Shown here in pieces: positions 20,901 to 30,700 of a DNA stretch of 64,000 bases (its first letter is position 1; the number at the start of each line of letters is the position of its first letter). The notes beneath the pieces were generated by a model, which ran no database searches, was not told where the DNA came from, and was given only the letters and a program-made list of their open reading frames with translations. Source of the DNA: an uncultured virus (IMG/VR IMGVR_UViG_3300005674_000175) (lineage: Duplodnaviria > Heunggongvirae > Uroviricota > Caudoviricetes); the IMG/VR virus record IMGVR_UViG_3300005674_000175; one strand, written 5' to 3'. A program made the position numbers and the translations under genes.

Positions 20901-23221
20901 CAAACCCTAGCGCTTCTGTAGAATTCCTTATTGAGTATCAGGGAAGAGTTTACGCCGGAACGGGAAGTCCGAATGGGTCTGGCAAATTGTGGGTAATGGA
21001 TAACTCAACTTACAAATTCAGTCTATTTAGAACTCTTCCATCGAATACTCATGCTTATTGCGCGGTAGTTTTTGATGAAGTCCTTTATTTTGGCGGCGGT
21101 GGCGGCAGCTATGGCGCTCTTTACTCCTTTGATGGAACTTCGACCACCGAAGTATTTTCCAACGTAAGCGGAGCTATATATTCTCTTGTTGAATCTGATA
21201 GGGAATTGTATGCCGCAACCGGCTCTGAGGGTAGAATATACAAGTTAGATCCAAGGAATAAGACGCAACAAATAGTTGATGTAAATGCAGATAGAAATGT
21301 CATTAGCATTGGCAAGGCTATCGTAAATGGTCAAGGATATATTTTTGCAGGACTTGGAAGCAATGGGCAAATAAAGAGGTCTAAAGTTCCTGACTCTCCA
21401 TTTGTACACTCATTCAAGACTGTTTCTTCTTCTGTGTATTCAATCAGGAACATTAATGACACGCTTTACGCCGCAATAGGTAATACGGTTTATGCGCTAG
21501 ATAATGTATGGAATGCAAAATACACTCATAGAGAGAATGTAAGAGACGTTATTGGCGGTCCAGATGATACTGTTTGGTTCATTTCTGATTCATATATCTA
21601 CAAGATTGGAAAAGCAGAGAATGTTAAGAAGGTATATCTCAAGCTCATAGATAGAGCAGGTAATGAAACAAATCTCTATACTGACGAAGCGCAAACAGCT
21701 CTTGATGAAAATCTCTTTGATGAAATATCAATAGAAGATCTAGCTGCGTTTGTTAGCAGCAATAGGATACTCAAGGTTGATGAGTTTGGCAATGCTGAGG
21801 CTATAAGAGAAGGTAATGATAGGTTCTATTCGGCTGATTTGGTTGAAGAAGAAAGCGGAGAATATTACAGCGAAGTATTCAACGGAACAAACAACCTTGT
21901 TGCATGGGATAATATTTCTTGGGATGCTACCGTTCCAGATAACACTAGCGTAACAATATATGTAAAAACTGGCGCAACAAAAGACGAAATACTTAATGCT
22001 CCGTTTGAATATTATGTTGGTGGAAAAGAGCAATCATCTGATATTTCATTCTTCTCTGGACAGTTTATACAGTTCAAGGTTGTCATGAAGAGCAGAGTTA
22101 GAGGTCTTAGCCCATCGCTTAGGAACGTTGTAATCAAGAGTATATCAAGCGATTCTACTCACTTCTTTACAACCAACTTTGTTCTTCCAAGTAGAGTCAA
22201 GAGCGGCATCCTTACTTCTACGAAGTTGCTACCTGTATCTGCGGATGTTGTGTTCGGAGTAAACACCAATAACTCTACTGATTTTGCTGAGTATCAAATA
22301 GTTGATGAAAACAGAATATTTACAACTGATAACAATCAACTTGGAAATGGTCTAAGAGTTGGTATAAGACTTATAACTCCGACTAGGGCCGAGGCTTCTT
22401 CGCAGATACCAGAAGAGTATAGCCCATATGGACTTCCATTACTTTTCAATGCTGTAGAATGGACCTTTAAGAATGAAGCAGAAACTGATAGAACATGCAA
22501 CTTTGTTGTAAACTTCTATGAAGATCCAGAAATGACAACCTTGGTTTATTCAGCAAGTAGTTCTGACTCTTATGTTGGGTTTAGCGCAGATGGCGATATT
22601 TTCCCAACAGGAGGAGTCTCGGTTACTTCTGGCGGCACTATTGATTTGTCATTTACCCCATCTACTTCAAGCGCTTTGAGATGTAGCACTTATTACTATG
22701 TTAGAATAGACGTTAATGATGGAGTATCCACAACGGCTATGGATGAAACATATTCGTTCATAGAGTCTTGCGGAACTACATATGTTGATACAATAGTCTT
22801 TGATTTCTTGAATACAAGCTATAGTACAGAGACGTATCACTTTAGAATAAGGTTCTACAACGATCCAGAAAGAACTGATTTGAAGCATACTGCTTACAGC
22901 GGTAATGATACGACTAACTGGTTTGTTAATGAACTCCCAATCCCATATGAGGGATTTACAATGTATCCTGTTCAAACATCTACAGTAAACTACACTCCTT
23001 TGTTATCTAATATTGATGCAGGAAAGATTTATTATCTCTCAATAGATGTTTTCAATGGAGAAGTATTTGAAAACAATAGTAACTCGTTTACATTCAAGGC
23101 AAACGATTTGTCGTCTTCAATATATTGTGGCTCTTATTCCGATGTTCCTGTTGTAAAGAACTTCTCTGTTATGTTTGAGCTAGAGAATAACGAGTTTGTT
23201 AGTATGAGAGTTAAGATCTAA
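14945..23221 (+). CDS. Giant multidomain putative virion/appendage protein (2758 aa): Ig-like, two lectin-like domains, BNR and Reg_prop-type propellers, two HFRxxFY repeats
   Basis: Reg_prop-type SGLPTNILTSVKVDASGVAWIGSESGL; BNR-like NPKIAIDSKNNVHVVWEDNR; Ig-like SQIRWYINN...VTPSDG; no signal peptide. Confidence 0.7.
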   Translation: MAISITSVLVNNKETQQGTVIVPLGAVTINWDTQTTSPSIKQLSYEIRIGKHTINWGGNDYIPDILKQPYARDRSQYWRLKQKFVQRGDTYYGQIRVKDTTGEESEWVKFSFIVNRLPFLTYAKITPEQPSESTDLELDIGSSSEFVSIKTKWMRNGTHYSQFDNYQKISKEYLRYGDTWYCEITPFDMLENGPTITAKSVSVTKLSPEVDSINILPINPNVDDILEASYSINDPNTQTILVGDKSQIRWYINNELITEANDEKFVKFALKPKDEVYFTVTPSDGIFYGATMSSRSVIIQDPGFRVVSLKTDGLVENLSVNSVNPTIEWDVISPFDRSSRYAHIKIGTAPGADNIYNNIIETYDNKFTIPDNVVRRGVDYYVSVATNDIKDAFTNYEIGRFRVAGNLWEREVSNGTGWTMELSISVSGSGYQRMSISDGSKFAEIRFYTSKIELLLGKSSIKVFDTDVSVPKNIIIIGKNSDIKVFSENNLILDGTSEFIQAATERFIEIGSNGGSEATGFVKRIAYNVSGDYEPGASVYSDIRLEKFVSFTGMSIADVTEHEGDVLVAANSLNQSESGKIFKIKETEKPVLAATENADVFGTKINAFALSPEENILYIAHGYGASFFDSYFIPKYDSDSLFVAGFDPSINFWELTKTTPFNAASYIEEGLVIDTTVSTRQSELSQSSTEVISTVHTNAISFFSVYDSIFSYDFDIQITSDTLTIRLYNSDTVVYTTTTVDKSISDVVEELKGLVGSETYFFALFFDIFVTEANIGPQAATRLDVIERTHLFPTLNLSGYYQVIDPYNPSPYGTLSTGKWFYSHRKKGTPWFERVDNAKGWTLDFDFRVDDFEDSDTPANTGSPKGVGFYVNDGYYYNNIWFLPQEIIFESSNQSFVYDTTEMTSYRLVGKKSRMKLYGKKASDQQYSIIADVNTESVATNQGNAGRPSVVTDSSGVLHAVWHDDGNGINRRQIYYNTFVNEQWGEPVLIVSDGFSSQNPSIAIDSLDNVYVVYETTRADYTDIAVITKNSAGWSESYLLTSNLYDSFNPKIAIDSKNNVHVVWEDNRYSQSQIFYCRRNASNGQWESQSFGGTDAQVTSEAVGAKRPDITASNTSVFLSWTAFERNGSSSIKMAIYDDGTKTWKSKANGGIDFAVSGIGSLKADNSTICVDMKGQVVVVWQDVVDYNIQLFGRHINPRLVFAKPIEQLTSGDYDSTHPKSGLNTSNGDVYVVFEKQQEMIVSPYDAYVTRENDVSFQSPSVSLLKWDAALQVWYSSNQSRPSPYTQSFDVNFSVILPREFFRPTIPDRFSGPLHILVESSSVSNSGEVLPNQDFFIQTKDIVYDYSFVPTYSVPSHESGVYGEHSLSGVLMRKELRFGDFSDNLAARIVIGRLKYYLSDSVTPFGINLVSSATTNIPKTEVLSVAANNDGDSWIGTPNGLIYYDRESNQAYMLDSANYNINGLSINSIAFDKKANMFLSTSSGTYASSDHSYFFKLNGNLPESPIAIDIDSTDKMYIVSNEGLYVVKLNNIYNSLVLTKENVSETRVIDVADSDITKVDESSGLPTNILTSVKVDASGVAWIGSESGLIRYSDGEITVFTTANGLNSNKVNDVAIRNTAIRYIATTAGVNKMVGISISSLNFDNTNSPPSAKIQTGIGDVNLPVFINARAIKWRDPNILWIASSYNVFQVTFVEESFTTEKTEITKFTSRDFTLNPVQPARNDDLQTFRLIGLDNKQISENAVFEVIINGNRITRGYSFSPKNKLIKFDYPLSETDIVKVNVRFDIEKIGDFAQNKAQQIAIGNKSTKLEKVLSSGGSIFAQTGGDINTLQINDSQSDLPFDKIILDRVPPRGKITLGDRRERNVFEVNVSPLEDDIEGIFDDVSGIDKMVVSNFTNFTSDGEVPIEPMVFTRFLLHNVGEIFDSVTRQFTFVNGKGRRMLSYQPVGGNQALLAGTAEPANVYKYNWNSQTWDLIDTLDIVDGVANPSASVEFLIEYQGRVYAGTGSPNGSGKLWVMDNSTYKFSLFRTLPSNTHAYCAVVFDEVLYFGGGGGSYGALYSFDGTSTTEVFSNVSGAIYSLVESDRELYAATGSEGRIYKLDPRNKTQQIVDVNADRNVISIGKAIVNGQGYIFAGLGSNGQIKRSKVPDSPFVHSFKTVSSSVYSIRNINDTLYAAIGNTVYALDNVWNAKYTHRENVRDVIGGPDDTVWFISDSYIYKIGKAENVKKVYLKLIDRAGNETNLYTDEAQTALDENLFDEISIEDLAAFVSSNRILKVDEFGNAEAIREGNDRFYSADLVEEESGEYYSEVFNGTNNLVAWDNISWDATVPDNTSVTIYVKTGATKDEILNAPFEYYVGGKEQSSDISFFSGQFIQFKVVMKSRVRGLSPSLRNVVIKSISSDSTHFFTTNFVLPSRVKSGILTSTKLLPVSADVVFGVNTNNSTDFAEYQIVDENRIFTTDNNQLGNGLRVGIRLITPTRAEASSQIPEEYSPYGLPLLFNAVEWTFKNEAETDRTCNFVVNFYEDPEMTTLVYSASSSDSYVGFSADGDIFPTGGVSVTSGGTIDLSFTPSTSSALRCSTYYYVRIDVNDGVSTTAMDETYSFIESCGTTYVDTIVFDFLNTSYSTETYHFRIRFYNDPERTDLKHTAYSGNDTTNWFVNELPIPYEGFTMYPVQTSTVNYTPLLSNIDAGKIYYLSIDVFNGEVFENNSNSFTFKANDLSSSIYCGSYSDVPVVKNFSVMFELENNEFVSMRVKI

Positions 23222-26200
23222 TGCCTGTTCGTACCCCGCATTTTGGGTTAGAAGCTTTTGTGGTTGGAGATATCTACTCCGGGATGGTAGATACGCGAAG
23301 ATTTACAACCATAGACGCTCATATGGCCTTTATCTCAGACCTTGTAGGGCCGGGAAGAATAAATGGTTGGGAACTTTCTATACCATCCTCTCTTACTCTA
23401 AATGTTTCGAGCGGATGGGGAATGATTGGAAGGTTCATAACTAGAACCTTTGGCGACTATAATAAATCCTTGTTAGATAATAGCACAGTTTATGTGTGGA
23501 TGAGGCTGAGAGCTGGAGTCATAGGCCAACTGAGCCCGTTTTGCGATGTGGCAAATGTTAGTTATACGGATACAACTCCTCCATCTCAGATTGTTGGTAT
23601 GTCTTTGTCATCAAAGTCAATTGATTCTGCGGTCATAACATGGAGTGCTTCGTCAGATATAGATTTGCAGAAATATGAAGTATACAGAAGCTCTGATAAT
23701 ATGACTTATTCGTTGATTGATGAAGTAACAACTAATGAGTATACAGATACGGGCTTGTCAGAAAGTTCAATTTATTATTACAAAGTTAGAGCTATAGATA
23801 TAAGCGGGAACGCTGGTTCTTATTCTTCTTATTTGCTTGTAATAACTGATAAAGACCTAAGCGTACCCGCAAATCCTAGCAGGGTTACTATCGGAAATTC
23901 AGATCGTATTATTCATTTGAATTGGGATTCAGCTCCATATGGAAATGTTGTTTTGTATAGAGCTTATATTACTCCTGTAAATGAAGAAAGAATACCAACG
24001 GGCGATACTTTCATTTTAGAAACAGAATCTGAAAATGTAAACTTGAGCATAGATGCTCTTGAAAATGAACAAAGATATTCAATAATCTTGAAGTCTGTTA
24101 CTAGATGGGATGTTGAATCCGAAGGCGTCTTGAGAATAGGTCAACCGATGGATTCGGATGGACCACAGGATGTTGTTGATATTGTAGTAACTGATTATGA
24201 ATCAACTTCTGGAATATCCACAAATGGTATTACATTGGTTTGGTCTTCTTTTTCAGACCCTTATTCTGTTTTTTCTGGCGCATCAGAGATATTGATTGAA
24301 GAATATAGGGCTGATGGAACAGTTATAACTTCGGATTGGATTCCAACTGTTGCTGGAAGTGTAACAAGAAATATAGAAGTATTTGCATATAAGCAGGGTA
24401 ATCAAACATTCTATAAATCAATCGAAGCAAGAACCTTGTATTACATTACTATAAGAAATGTAGATAGTAATGGGATAACGAGCTTTGGTAAAAGAGTTCG
24501 CCATGTTACAAGGAGCTTCCAAGCATTAGAGAGTATTCAGTCCATATCTGTTACTCAAAGGGCTGATGGAGCCTTGGTGCTAAAATGGGAAAACTCTCCA
24601 TCAATATTTAGTAGTAACCTTTTGACAATTAAGAAGTTTGACTTTGCAACATCTATCGAAACGATACTTCAAGACGAAATAGATGTTGGAAGGTCTACTA
24701 TCTATGTGCTTGATTCTTCTTTTGTTTCTTCTAATCATAGATATACATTTGAAATATATTGCGTCGATGAGTTTGGTAATCAGAGTTCAATCAACAGCAC
24801 TCTATATGAGATTGCTGAGTTTTCTGACTTGCCTAAACCTCCTCCTCCAACGCAGCAAATTGGATTTGCTGGAGATGGACAAAATACTTTGACATGGAAT
24901 AGCGCTCAAACTGATACAGTAAGCGGGTATAGGATATACAGAGCAAATGATTCTTCTTCTATCAATCCGTCAGATTTTGCTTTGATTGAAACTGTTCCTT
25001 CTGATATGTTTACCTTTACAGATTATGAAGTTCAAAATGATAGTTCATATATCTATTTTGTAACTACGCTTGATATCTATGGTCAAGAGTCTTTGAATCC
25101 AATAAATGATAGGTATATAAACTTTGGAGTTACGACTCTCAAGCCAACATCATCTTCTTCTCTTAATCCTCCAACATCGCTTTCTGCAACAATAGTTGGG
25201 CATAGCGTACAGCTGTCCTGGCAACCTACTGCTGGACAGTTTGATGGTTATGAGATTTATAGGTCTATTGGTAATAAGTATTCTTATAGCCTTGTTGCTA
25301 CAGTTTTGCCTGCTGTTACATACTATGTTGATACGGATGTTTTAAAGCAAACTGGCAGCGTATATTACATTGTTAGAAAGTTCAGAAATGAATCTGACCT
25401 GTTTGTTACAGAAAGTAATGTTCAGGTAAGTAATGCTGTTTACTTGGGAAAGGTTACAACGGAAGATGGGGTTTCTGTTGTAGATACAACTGGTTCTAGA
25501 AATATTCTAATGCTAGAAGACCCAGTAAGGCAAGAGACGAGAGATAGGATTGCTGAGCATAAACATCAATATGTTGATGAAAATAATGATAACAGAATCA
25601 ATCTTGGGAATACTATGATGGTAACAGATTGGGAGTCTGATGATAATCAGACGTATACAACTGTTACTGATATCTCTGAAACAACAACATATACAGTATA
25701 TCTAAACGATGAAGATGCATCTAATTTTGGATTATTGTATTCTATAGACAAAGAAAATGGGACTCTTACGTTTGAATCTGTTTTGGCTGCAACCGGATTT
25801 GAAGTTGATGGCGAGCAGTCCTTCCCGTTTTCGTCTCCGCCAACAGTTAAGGTTGAGTTTGGAAATCTTGAAGAAACGCAAGGCATTCTTCCAAAGAATA
25901 GGATAAATGGCGTTAGCGCTCAACAAGTTGGCGCTGGAGTTTTTGAGAAAGTTCAGATTCCTTCTATCAATCATGATGGAAGAATAAGAGAGAAACTTGA
26001 GCCTGTTCAAATCAATACGATTACAGTGGATGATGGTTATAAGTTTGCCCCGGAGAGCGAAGAAGAAATCCTTGGAGATGCTATTGTTTTTTATTGTATC
26101 ATCGAGGCCTATGGAGACTCTAATATTCTTGTTGCTGGAACTAGCGACGGGATATATACTAGCGAAAACTTCGGTATTTCTTGGGAAAGAAGATTCGAAA

Positions 26201-27753
26201 CAACAACTCCTGTGTTGAAGTTTTTCTATTCAGAAAAGTATGAAACATACTTTGCGGCTACAAATAGAGGTATTCTTTTTGGTAGGGGAGGGCAGGCTGG
26301 AGACTTTAGTATTTGGACAGAAGTTGCTGGAGCTGAAAATACTAAGATAGTTAGAGATATCATAGAAGATGGGTATGGAGAGGTTTTCTGTAGTAGCGAT
26401 CTTGGTGTTTATAGGCTTAGAAGAGATGTTGGACAGGGTTCTTTCTTTTTCCAGCAAACTCCTATTTTTGGGCCAAGAAGCACAGAAGCGTATGCGATGC
26501 TTAATGATGCTCTCAAGAATAGAATAATAGTAAGTAATGAACTCGGCGTATTTGAAAGCGATAACGCCGGGGTTAGCTGGTCATTTAGCGATGAGTTTAC
26601 AGAGCAAAGAATAATACACGCTTTTACATACGAAAATGGATACATTTTTGCGATAACTGATTATATGTTGTGGAGAAAGTCTCCTACCGGAAGCACATTT
26701 GAAAGAATAGGAGTTATGGAAAACTCTTATGTTTCTAGAAAGCTAGTCATATGGAATGATAGAATATACATATCCACTGATAGCGGTCTTTTAGCTACAG
26801 TTGCTGATAGCGATATTTTTACAGATACGACTGTTACTTTTGAAACTGCATTTTCTCAGCTTAGAATCGGTTCAGATATTCTTCCATCAACGTCTTTGGA
26901 TGTTATTGATGATAAGTTGTTTATTGGTTCTGAAGATAAGTTATTTATTTCTGATAGACCTGGCAGGATATCTATTCATTGGGAAAACAAAAGCGAGGTT
27001 ATTCCAACCGTTTATGTTGATGGAGAAAGACAAACAATAGGTTACAGATTTAGTACAAGTTCGGATAGACTAAGAAGATATGTTTGCTTTGATGTTAAAC
27101 AGAAGCTTGGTGCGGTTGTAACTGTTGCCAATCAATATAAGAAGTACAAGGCTAAGTTTGGAGGATGGACTGACACAAATTATATTGCTGCTGTTTCTTT
27201 GTTTGTTGATGGAAGGAAAATGAATGAGATTAGTCTTTCTGAGAGGCCGGCTCAGTCTGTTGCTGCTATTGTTTTGCCAACTTATAATGACAGAAATGCG
27301 CATAAGGCTGGAGCCGACATTGCTAAAGACACTTTTGTTGCAAGCAGAAGTACCCTTCTAACGGTAGAAAGAGACGATAGTGGTAATATAACAAGCCTTA
27401 CTGGATTTACCAAGGGAAATGTCAAATCAATGTTGTATTCTATAGAAAAGTTCCTATCACAACTTTATGAGTCAGCAAGAGTTGTTAATGAGATAAATGA
27501 TCAGGGACAAACAGTAGAAGTTCCGTTCTCTGTTCCTCCATTTAGAGTTTTGCTGCTCAGCCCATCTGATAATATTGATGAAGGTAAGTTTGGAACGTTC
27601 GGCGTTTACAAAGAATGGGTAAGAGATACCGACAATTCAGTTTCTTCAGTTATAGGAAACTATGGAAGCGAGCTTGATTCAGATGGAGCATTCCCTCAAA
27701 ATCTCATTGGCGGTTCTGGAAACCTTGGAGCATCTGGTGGAGGAGAAGGATAA
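23221..27753 (+). CDS. Tail-fibre-like protein with several Fn3 domains and a BNR/Asp-box propeller (1510 aa)
   Basis: N-terminus (TPHFGL...ID...GRINGWEL...LNVSSG) resembles tail-fibre attachment regions; Fn3 units DTTPPSQ...YYYKVRAIDISGN; Asp-boxes SENFGISW and SDNAGVSW. Confidence 0.65.
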   Translation: MPVRTPHFGLEAFVVGDIYSGMVDTRRFTTIDAHMAFISDLVGPGRINGWELSIPSSLTLNVSSGWGMIGRFITRTFGDYNKSLLDNSTVYVWMRLRAGVIGQLSPFCDVANVSYTDTTPPSQIVGMSLSSKSIDSAVITWSASSDIDLQKYEVYRSSDNMTYSLIDEVTTNEYTDTGLSESSIYYYKVRAIDISGNAGSYSSYLLVITDKDLSVPANPSRVTIGNSDRIIHLNWDSAPYGNVVLYRAYITPVNEERIPTGDTFILETESENVNLSIDALENEQRYSIILKSVTRWDVESEGVLRIGQPMDSDGPQDVVDIVVTDYESTSGISTNGITLVWSSFSDPYSVFSGASEILIEEYRADGTVITSDWIPTVAGSVTRNIEVFAYKQGNQTFYKSIEARTLYYITIRNVDSNGITSFGKRVRHVTRSFQALESIQSISVTQRADGALVLKWENSPSIFSSNLLTIKKFDFATSIETILQDEIDVGRSTIYVLDSSFVSSNHRYTFEIYCVDEFGNQSSINSTLYEIAEFSDLPKPPPPTQQIGFAGDGQNTLTWNSAQTDTVSGYRIYRANDSSSINPSDFALIETVPSDMFTFTDYEVQNDSSYIYFVTTLDIYGQESLNPINDRYINFGVTTLKPTSSSSLNPPTSLSATIVGHSVQLSWQPTAGQFDGYEIYRSIGNKYSYSLVATVLPAVTYYVDTDVLKQTGSVYYIVRKFRNESDLFVTESNVQVSNAVYLGKVTTEDGVSVVDTTGSRNILMLEDPVRQETRDRIAEHKHQYVDENNDNRINLGNTMMVTDWESDDNQTYTTVTDISETTTYTVYLNDEDASNFGLLYSIDKENGTLTFESVLAATGFEVDGEQSFPFSSPPTVKVEFGNLEETQGILPKNRINGVSAQQVGAGVFEKVQIPSINHDGRIREKLEPVQINTITVDDGYKFAPESEEEILGDAIVFYCIIEAYGDSNILVAGTSDGIYTSENFGISWERRFETTTPVLKFFYSEKYETYFAATNRGILFGRGGQAGDFSIWTEVAGAENTKIVRDIIEDGYGEVFCSSDLGVYRLRRDVGQGSFFFQQTPIFGPRSTEAYAMLNDALKNRIIVSNELGVFESDNAGVSWSFSDEFTEQRIIHAFTYENGYIFAITDYMLWRKSPTGSTFERIGVMENSYVSRKLVIWNDRIYISTDSGLLATVADSDIFTDTTVTFETAFSQLRIGSDILPSTSLDVIDDKLFIGSEDKLFISDRPGRISIHWENKSEVIPTVYVDGERQTIGYRFSTSSDRLRRYVCFDVKQKLGAVVTVANQYKKYKAKFGGWTDTNYIAAVSLFVDGRKMNEISLSERPAQSVAAIVLPTYNDRNAHKAGADIAKDTFVASRSTLLTVERDDSGNITSLTGFTKGNVKSMLYSIEKFLSQLYESARVVNEINDQGQTVEVPFSVPPFRVLLLSPSDNIDEGKFGTFGVYKEWVRDTDNSVSSVIGNYGSELDSDGAFPQNLIGGSGNLGASGGGEG

Positions 27754-27756
27754 CTA

Positions 27757-30700
27757 ATGCCCTCGTTATTTTCCCCAAGAGAAGCAGGATCTCCCGACGC
27801 ACAGAGATTAGTATGGCTCTCTATTGCTGATTATACACCATCTGTTGTGTTGAATAGCAGCGACAGTATTCCTCTAGTTAATCTTAGTTCTGTATGGGAG
27901 GTTTCGGTTACTGTACAGACTGTTGAGTGGAGAGGTGTAAATCTTAACATTAGAGTAAAGAATAAGTCTCAGGTAGAACAGTCTGCTCCATATATTAGAT
28001 TGAATTCCGGAATGTATCATCGTACATGGAATGGGGCTTCTGGCTCTTCTAATTACAGGCATATACGCAACTATATGAATCATGATTCATATGGAATGAG
28101 GCCTGAAGCGATAAGTACGCAAGGATCTACCCCTATTTCTAGTGAAAAGTTTGGAGACCCAAATGCTATTTATGGCATTAATTGGTTCGCTCCATGTTTG
28201 TCAGTAGAAAACTGGATAACTGGCATACCAGAATCAGGATGTCAGATGACAAGTATTTCTACAAACTATCCATATCCGTTTAGGATATACGGAGATTACG
28301 ATCCTGTTACGCTGAAGGGCTATTTTAGAATAGAAGGCAACGTAAACGTTCCTGGAGAAGGGATTGTAGATAAGTTTGCTCCGGGAGAAACTAGAACTTG
28401 GGACGTTTGGTTGAGATATGAAGAGTTTAGGTCTTATACCGCATATACCGGAAGCCCATCATATAGAAAAGTTGCAGCTCTTAGGTCTTATGAACCATAT
28501 TTTGTATGGTTCTGGGCAAATAATCCAGACCCTGATGTTGGTCCTAGAGTTAGCGGAAGAATATATGGAATAAATCTTGCAGGCCCTGCGGCTCCAAAGG
28601 CTTATTTTACAGCAAAGGATAATCCAAGAAGATATTTCTTGTTTAGCTCTCAGGATAAAGAAAGCCTAGAAGGAAGACTTCCGTTACCAGGACAGTCATA
28701 TGTTCATCCTGAAACGGTAAGCGGATGGAAGGAACTTCTTGATGCGACAGTAGACGTACCCGCCCTTAAGACATATGGATATAAGGGGGTTATGTATTTG
28801 AATATTTCTGGTTGGGGCAATAATGATAGGGGAGAAAATCCAGCCTTTTTTACAAACCTTCCTGAAAGTCTACGAAATAGTTTGGCGGAGATCAAAGATT
28901 GGGAACAAGAAAATGATTTGAGAGTTTTCTTTGCAGCAGATAATGTACTCAAAAAGGTAAATCTTGGTATCTTCTCTGATGAAGCCGTGCCTTTTGATCA
29001 AGATGATTTTTCGCATAGAGAGTTTGAAGGCGATAACTTTATTGATGGAGGACTTAGATCTGTAAGCGGAATATCGTTGCTTGGTTTGCCAGAAAAGATA
29101 ACTGATTCATACATAAACGAATATATACAAGGATGGAGAACGGCGTATCCGTCTGTTTCTATGGCAACTGGCTCTAGGAATGACAATAGTATTTCTTTGT
29201 ATATGTCTCAGGGGTATATTGATAGATCAGAGTTTCTTACAAAGGACTTAACTAAGGGAGGAAGAGATTGGTTCTCTGACTTGCTTTTTGAAGGTCTTGA
29301 TCCTTGGGTATATATGCCAATAGATTCATGGCATGCTGATTATGGAGATATCTCAACAACAGATTCTGCGTATGATGATTATGTTCAATATATAGAGAAA
29401 AATCATCATGCCATTCCTGTTACCATTGGTCGTCTTGTTAGAAGAGAAAGCTTCTTTCCTAATAAACTAAATTGGAAAGAAGAGTTTGTAACATATACTT
29501 CTGTTCATGTTTGTGATTGTTCAACTTCTATATGTAAAGTTGGAGATCCCAATCTTGGAGGCAGAAAGATTTGTTTGCCATCAGATATTCAAAAAAGCTA
29601 TAGTATTAATCCTCCTGAAGTTTTAGATATGTTGGGTATTTATCAGTTTGATGCTTATTATGATTGGACTCTTCCAAATGGAGAAAGGCACTCCTGGGTT
29701 CCTGTTCCGGGTATTGATAGCGATCTTATTGCCGGTTCTGGAGATTCTTTATTATGGTTATTTCAGCAAGATAAGCTTGACAAGGCAAAAACAACTTTCT
29801 ACAACAATATCATTGGAACTTTAAGGTCAGGAGGAAAGCCTTATATTCCAGAAGGATTTAGCGGTAGTGTATTTCATAATTTTGAACTTAAGGCTTTTAA
29901 TACTACTGATGATGTTAGACCAAGGGTTCAGGTTCAGGTTGGTAGTGGTTTGGAAATGATAAGCCAGTATGCAAATGCTACGCTAGTAAGATCCTCTCCA
30001 GGATCAGGTTTGGCTGCAAGGCCGCTAAGAGATTGGTGGATTTGGGCTGTAGATCAAATATTCCCAGGATGGTCTAGTGGTAAAACAACTGCTGAACAAG
30101 ATGATTATCTTCAAAAGAAATGGGCAGAAAGATGGTTATTTTGGATACAGGAATTGAATACCATTATAAGGCAAACAAGACCTACGGTTCAAAAGATTGG
30201 TTTTTATGGAGGAGTTCCTTCGTATGGAGTCTGGTCTATAGATGGACTAGATTATGGTTCTCAAAATCCTGATGCGGTTAATACAAAAAGAGAGCTTGAA
30301 TTGTATTATTGGGAAGATTGGTCTCAGTATATTGACTATCTTGCTCCTTCTTTGTATCTTTGGGATAGCACAGCTCCATATGATGTTAATCTACTATATT
30401 CACAAACTGGTCGTAGACAAAGAGATCCTATACAAGAAAAGATATTTTACCTATTAACAATTCGAAGCCTTGGAGAACTAACAAGAATATCTGGAAAGCC
30501 ATTGTATCCTTTTATTTGGAATGGATATCTAAGATCTTCTGGCTTTGTAAGTCCGGTTATTTCGGAGTTTGTGTATAAATCTCTTTACACAGCAGGTTGT
30601 CAAGGAGCTATTTGGTGGGCTGATGTTTTTATGCATAATGATGCTCTAGCAACAATAAGTGATATGGAGCAAAATTGGTATCCTGCTTATGAGTTTATAA

